From Candidatus Limnocylindria bacterium (GTDB lineage Bacteria > Chloroflexota > Limnocylindria > P2-11E), in NCBI GenBank assembly GCA_050692175.1, contig JBOGTG010000078.1, forward strand, positions 2,088 to 66,087: a stretch of DNA of 64,000 nucleotides. Reading direction: 5' to 3'. A program made the position numbers and the translations under genes. Position 1 is the first letter of the stretch; each line of letters begins with the position of its first letter. Shown in pieces: positions 61,299 through 64,000 of the stretch. A model generated the notes under the pieces. The model saw only the letters and a list, made by a program, of their open reading frames with translations, was not told the origin of the DNA and ran no database searches.

Positions 61299-62409
61299 CA
61301 CGGCGACGCTCGTCGCCGCGCTCGTCCTGCTCCTGGGCGCGTGCACGGCGGCGAATCCGTCAGTCACTCCGAGTCCGTCCCCGACGCGCGACCCGAACGC
61401 GCTCAACGTCACCGCCCTCCTCGATCTCTCGGGATCGCGCGCCCCGAACGGGGCGCCGCAACGCGATGCGCTGCAGCTCTGGGCCGACCAGCATTCGACA
61501 GCGACGCCCCGCGTGCGCCTCCGGATCGTGGACCTCGCGGGGAGTCCATCGAAGACGGCGCTCGAGCTTCGGCGCGAGGCGGTCGAAGCCCGCGCCGACG
61601 CGATCATCGTCGGCGCCTCGGTGGGCTACGACGACGCGTTCGCGAATCTCGTTCAGCTCGCGCAGGTTCCCGTGCTCTTTACGTTGCCGATCCGCGAACC
61701 CGCGACGCGCGGCGGCGGATGGGCTTTCGCCCTCGCGCCCACGCCGGCCCAGCTCGCGCGTTCCGTCCTGGACGACGCTGCGCTACGGTCGGTGCTGAGC
61801 TCGGGTCTTGTCGTGAGCGACGAGTCGACGACGGCGATCGCCGAACGCATCGCCCTGTTGGACGAATTCACGCGTCGCCGGGTGACCCCGACCGTGGTCA
61901 CGGTCACAGGAACCGACGTCGCCATAAAGATCCGGCCGTTGCTTGCGACGACGCCGATCGTCTTCTTCGCTGGCACGCCCCGCCCGTACCTCGAGGCCGC
62001 GCGAACCGCCACGATCGGCACGACCCTCTACCTGTCATACCTCTGCGACCTCGGCGAGATCGCCGACCTGCGCGAGGCAGCGACGCTCGCGGTCTGGCCG
62101 GGCTCGCGCTGGATCGCCGCATCGGCATCCAGCCCTTCCGCGCGCGCGGCCTTCGTGCAGGCCTATACGGACCGTGCCGGTGCGCCAACGACCGTCGCGG
62201 CCTCGGCGTTTGACGCGCTCGCGCTCCTGTGGAGCGCGGCCGAAGGCGGCATCGACCCGGTCAAGGTCCGCGATCGGCTGCAATCCGGAACGTTCGCGGG
62301 CGTCGCAACGACCTACACCTTCAGCCCCTCGCGGCACGCGGGCTTCAACACCGGAGACCTCACGCTCCTGCGCTACGTCAGCGGTAGGTCGGCGCCCGCG
62401 ATCCGGTAG
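61282..62409 (+). CDS. periplasmic-binding-protein type I (LivK-like) substrate-binding lipoprotein
   Basis: Lipobox LVLLLGAC. A Pro/Ser/Thr linker precedes a two-lobe PBP-like sequence (ALLDLSGSRAPNG...). It overlaps the E1-alpha 3' end by 17 nt. Confidence 0.75.
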   Translation: MGRAPSTATLVAALVLLLGACTAANPSVTPSPSPTRDPNALNVTALLDLSGSRAPNGAPQRDALQLWADQHSTATPRVRLRIVDLAGSPSKTALELRREAVEARADAIIVGASVGYDDAFANLVQLAQVPVLFTLPIREPATRGGGWAFALAPTPAQLARSVLDDAALRSVLSSGLVVSDESTTAIAERIALLDEFTRRRVTPTVVTVTGTDVAIKIRPLLATTPIVFFAGTPRPYLEAARTATIGTTLYLSYLCDLGEIADLREAATLAVWPGSRWIAASASSPSARAAFVQAYTDRAGAPTTVAASAFDALALLWSAAEGGIDPVKVRDRLQSGTFAGVATTYTFSPSRHAGFNTGDLTLLRYVSGRSAPAIR

Positions 62410-62441
62410 GAACCTCCCGTCGCTGAGGCACCATACGTCGC

Positions 62442-63656
62442 GTGGAGACCGAGCTCGACAAGCTGATCTACGACTGGAATCGCGATGGCCGCGCCGCGCG
62501 CGCGGACTATCGCGCGGTCGAACTCGACGACGAGACGCTCCGCGACGGCCTGCAGGGTCCCTCGGTGCGCAATCCGCCGCTCGAGGTCAAGAAGCGTCTC
62601 CTCCACCTCATGGACGACCTCGGCATCGACAGCGCGGACATCGGCCTCCCCGGTGCGTCGCCGAAGGCGCGCGCAACGATCGTGGCGCTCGCCAAGGAGA
62701 CGACGACGCTCAAGCGCCTCCGTCCGAACCTGGCGATCCGCACGCATCCCGACGACGTGCGCGCGGCGATCGAGGTTTCGACCGAAGCGGGCATCCCGAT
62801 CGAGAGCTGCGCGTTCATCGGCTCGTCGCCGATCCGCCGCTTCGCCGAGGACTGGAAGCTCGACGCGATGCTCCGGAGCGTGGAGACAAGCGTCGCGACG
62901 CTCGTGAAGGCAGGGCTACCGGTGATGTTCGTCACCGAGGACACCACGCGCGCGGATCCGGAGACGCTCGCCAAGCTGTACGACACCGCGATCGCTGCGG
63001 GCGCGAAAAGGATCTGCGTTTCGGACACGTGCGGCCACGCGACGCCGGAAGGCGTGCGCAGCCTCCTCACGTTCGTGCGCGACGAGATCGTGCGCGGCCG
63101 TGCCGTGAAGATCGACTTTCACGGCCACAACGACCGCGGGCTCGGCACGATCAACGCGCTCACCGCGACGGCGCTCGCCGATCGCGTGCACGGGTGCGCC
63201 CTCGGCATCGGCGAGCGTGTCGGCAACTCGTCGATGGATCAGCTCCTGGTGAACCTGCAGCTCTGGGGACTCATCAACCGCGATCTCAAGCCGCTGGTCG
63301 AGTACACCGCGCTTGTCGCCGAGCACTGCGGCATCCCGATCCCGCCGAACTACCCTGCGATGGGATCGGACGCGTTCCGCACCGGCACCGGCGTGCACGC
63401 TGCCGCCGTGATCAAGGCGCTCCGAAAGAACGACCGCGCGCTCGCCGACCGCGTGTACAGCGCGGTTCCGGCATCGGTTCTCGGACGCGAGCAGCGCATC
63501 GAGGTGGGACCGATGAGCGGCGAGTCGAACGTCGTGTACTGGCTCGAGTCGCGCGGCATCGAGGCGACCCGAGAGCGGATCGAGCGGATCTTCGCCGCCG
63601 CGAAGGCCGCGGACCAGCTGCTCAGCGAGGACGAACTGCGCATGCTCGCGACGTAA
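62442..63656 (+). CDS. LeuA/HMGL-like DRE-TIM metallolyase (2-isopropylmalate/homocitrate synthase family, short form)
   Basis: DETLRDGLQ, DTCGHATP, FHGHNDRGLG and SGESNVVYWL. 404 aa, with no LeuA regulatory domain. Confidence 0.85.
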   Translation: METELDKLIYDWNRDGRAARADYRAVELDDETLRDGLQGPSVRNPPLEVKKRLLHLMDDLGIDSADIGLPGASPKARATIVALAKETTTLKRLRPNLAIRTHPDDVRAAIEVSTEAGIPIESCAFIGSSPIRRFAEDWKLDAMLRSVETSVATLVKAGLPVMFVTEDTTRADPETLAKLYDTAIAAGAKRICVSDTCGHATPEGVRSLLTFVRDEIVRGRAVKIDFHGHNDRGLGTINALTATALADRVHGCALGIGERVGNSSMDQLLVNLQLWGLINRDLKPLVEYTALVAEHCGIPIPPNYPAMGSDAFRTGTGVHAAAVIKALRKNDRALADRVYSAVPASVLGREQRIEVGPMSGESNVVYWLESRGIEATRERIERIFAAAKAADQLLSEDELRMLAT

Positions 63657-63660
63657 CCCC

Positions 63661-64000
63661 CTAGAAGGCGCCCAGCCGCTTGAACGCGTGGTGCCAGCGG
63701 AATGCCTCCGCAGCTTTCACGCCGGCTTCGGCCCCGCGCGCGGCGCACTGCCGCAGCATCAGCTCCGATAGCGGGAAGAAGTCCGCATCCTTGTCTCGCG
63801 CCAACTGCGAGCGGTGACAGGCCAGCATGCGTTTCTTGATGTCCAGTCGATCGCTCACGTCGATGAAGAAGTCCGGGACGAAGGACGACATATTGATCGT
63901 GTCGGCGAACCACAGCTTCGGGTGCGTTTGCAGCGGGTCCGCCGCGCTCGCGTGACCACGCGAGGCCGACGACCACGAGGCGGCTTCGGCGACCGCCGAT
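63661..64000 (-). CDS. PIG-L/LmbE family deacetylase, 5'-partial (continues past the right window edge)
   Basis: PKLWFADTINMSSFVPDFFIDVSDRLDIKKRMLACHRSQ fits the PIG-L C-terminal region. The frame is open from 63891 to the window end. Confidence 0.7.
   Translation of the reverse strand, partial: SAVAEAASWSSASRGHASAADPLQTHPKLWFADTINMSSFVPDFFIDVSDRLDIKKRMLACHRSQLARDKDADFFPLSELMLRQCAARGAEAGVKAAEAFRWHHAFKRLGAF

Noticed and set aside
1-64000. Mobile elements, prophage, integrons, toxin-antitoxin pairs or known anti-phage defence systems.
   Set aside because: No transposase, integrase, recombinase, reverse transcriptase, nuclease/helicase defence signatures, terminal inverted repeats or tRNA-flanked islands were recognised anywhere in the window.

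Overview
This is a gene-dense, high-GC bacterial chromosomal segment with strongly GC3-biased codons. I call about 70 CDS on both strands. Many neighbouring genes are joined by 1-4 nt start/stop overlaps (GTGA, ATGA, TTGA), which indicates tightly coupled operons. F420-type enzymes (an LLM-class oxidoreductase and a DDN-family deazaflavin reductase) and four ECF sigma factors suggest a soil Actinomycetota- or Chloroflexota-like organism; this is inference only.

I found no rRNA, tRNA, CRISPR array, transposase, integrase or phage genes, and nothing resembling a known defence system.

Main content:
- Two xanthine-dehydrogenase-family molybdenum hydroxylase operons, both in small/large/FAD subunit order. 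One carries IclR, MocA and XdhC genes and faces a PaaK-like CoA ligase. The other is coupled to a GNAT and an F420H2-type reductase.
- Four ECF sigma modules: one lies among three lipoprotein proteases, one has a DUF4367-like membrane partner plus an ABC-2 exporter, one is translationally coupled to an Ogt/MGMT alkyltransferase, and one is an ECF42-type sigma with two DGPF genes.
- Three ABC exporters.
- A secreted protein with GNSN and TGVS tandem repeats and an LPXTG-like anchor.
- A cyclase-STAND-TPR protein.
- A MoeB/ThiF enzyme with an N-terminal rhodanese domain.
- A HesB/VOC/isochorismatase operon in which the VOC gene has no canonical start.

I cannot point to one clear-cut new system. 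The best candidates are:
- the sigma-MGMT pair;
- the protease-flanked orphan sigma;
- the Mo-hydroxylase whose FAD subunit has a Cys-rich (4Fe-4S-like) insertion, next to a CoA ligase;
- a family of short G-run/C-run hairpin elements embedded inside ORFs at cistron junctions.

All functional calls come from motif recognition by eye. No searches were run.
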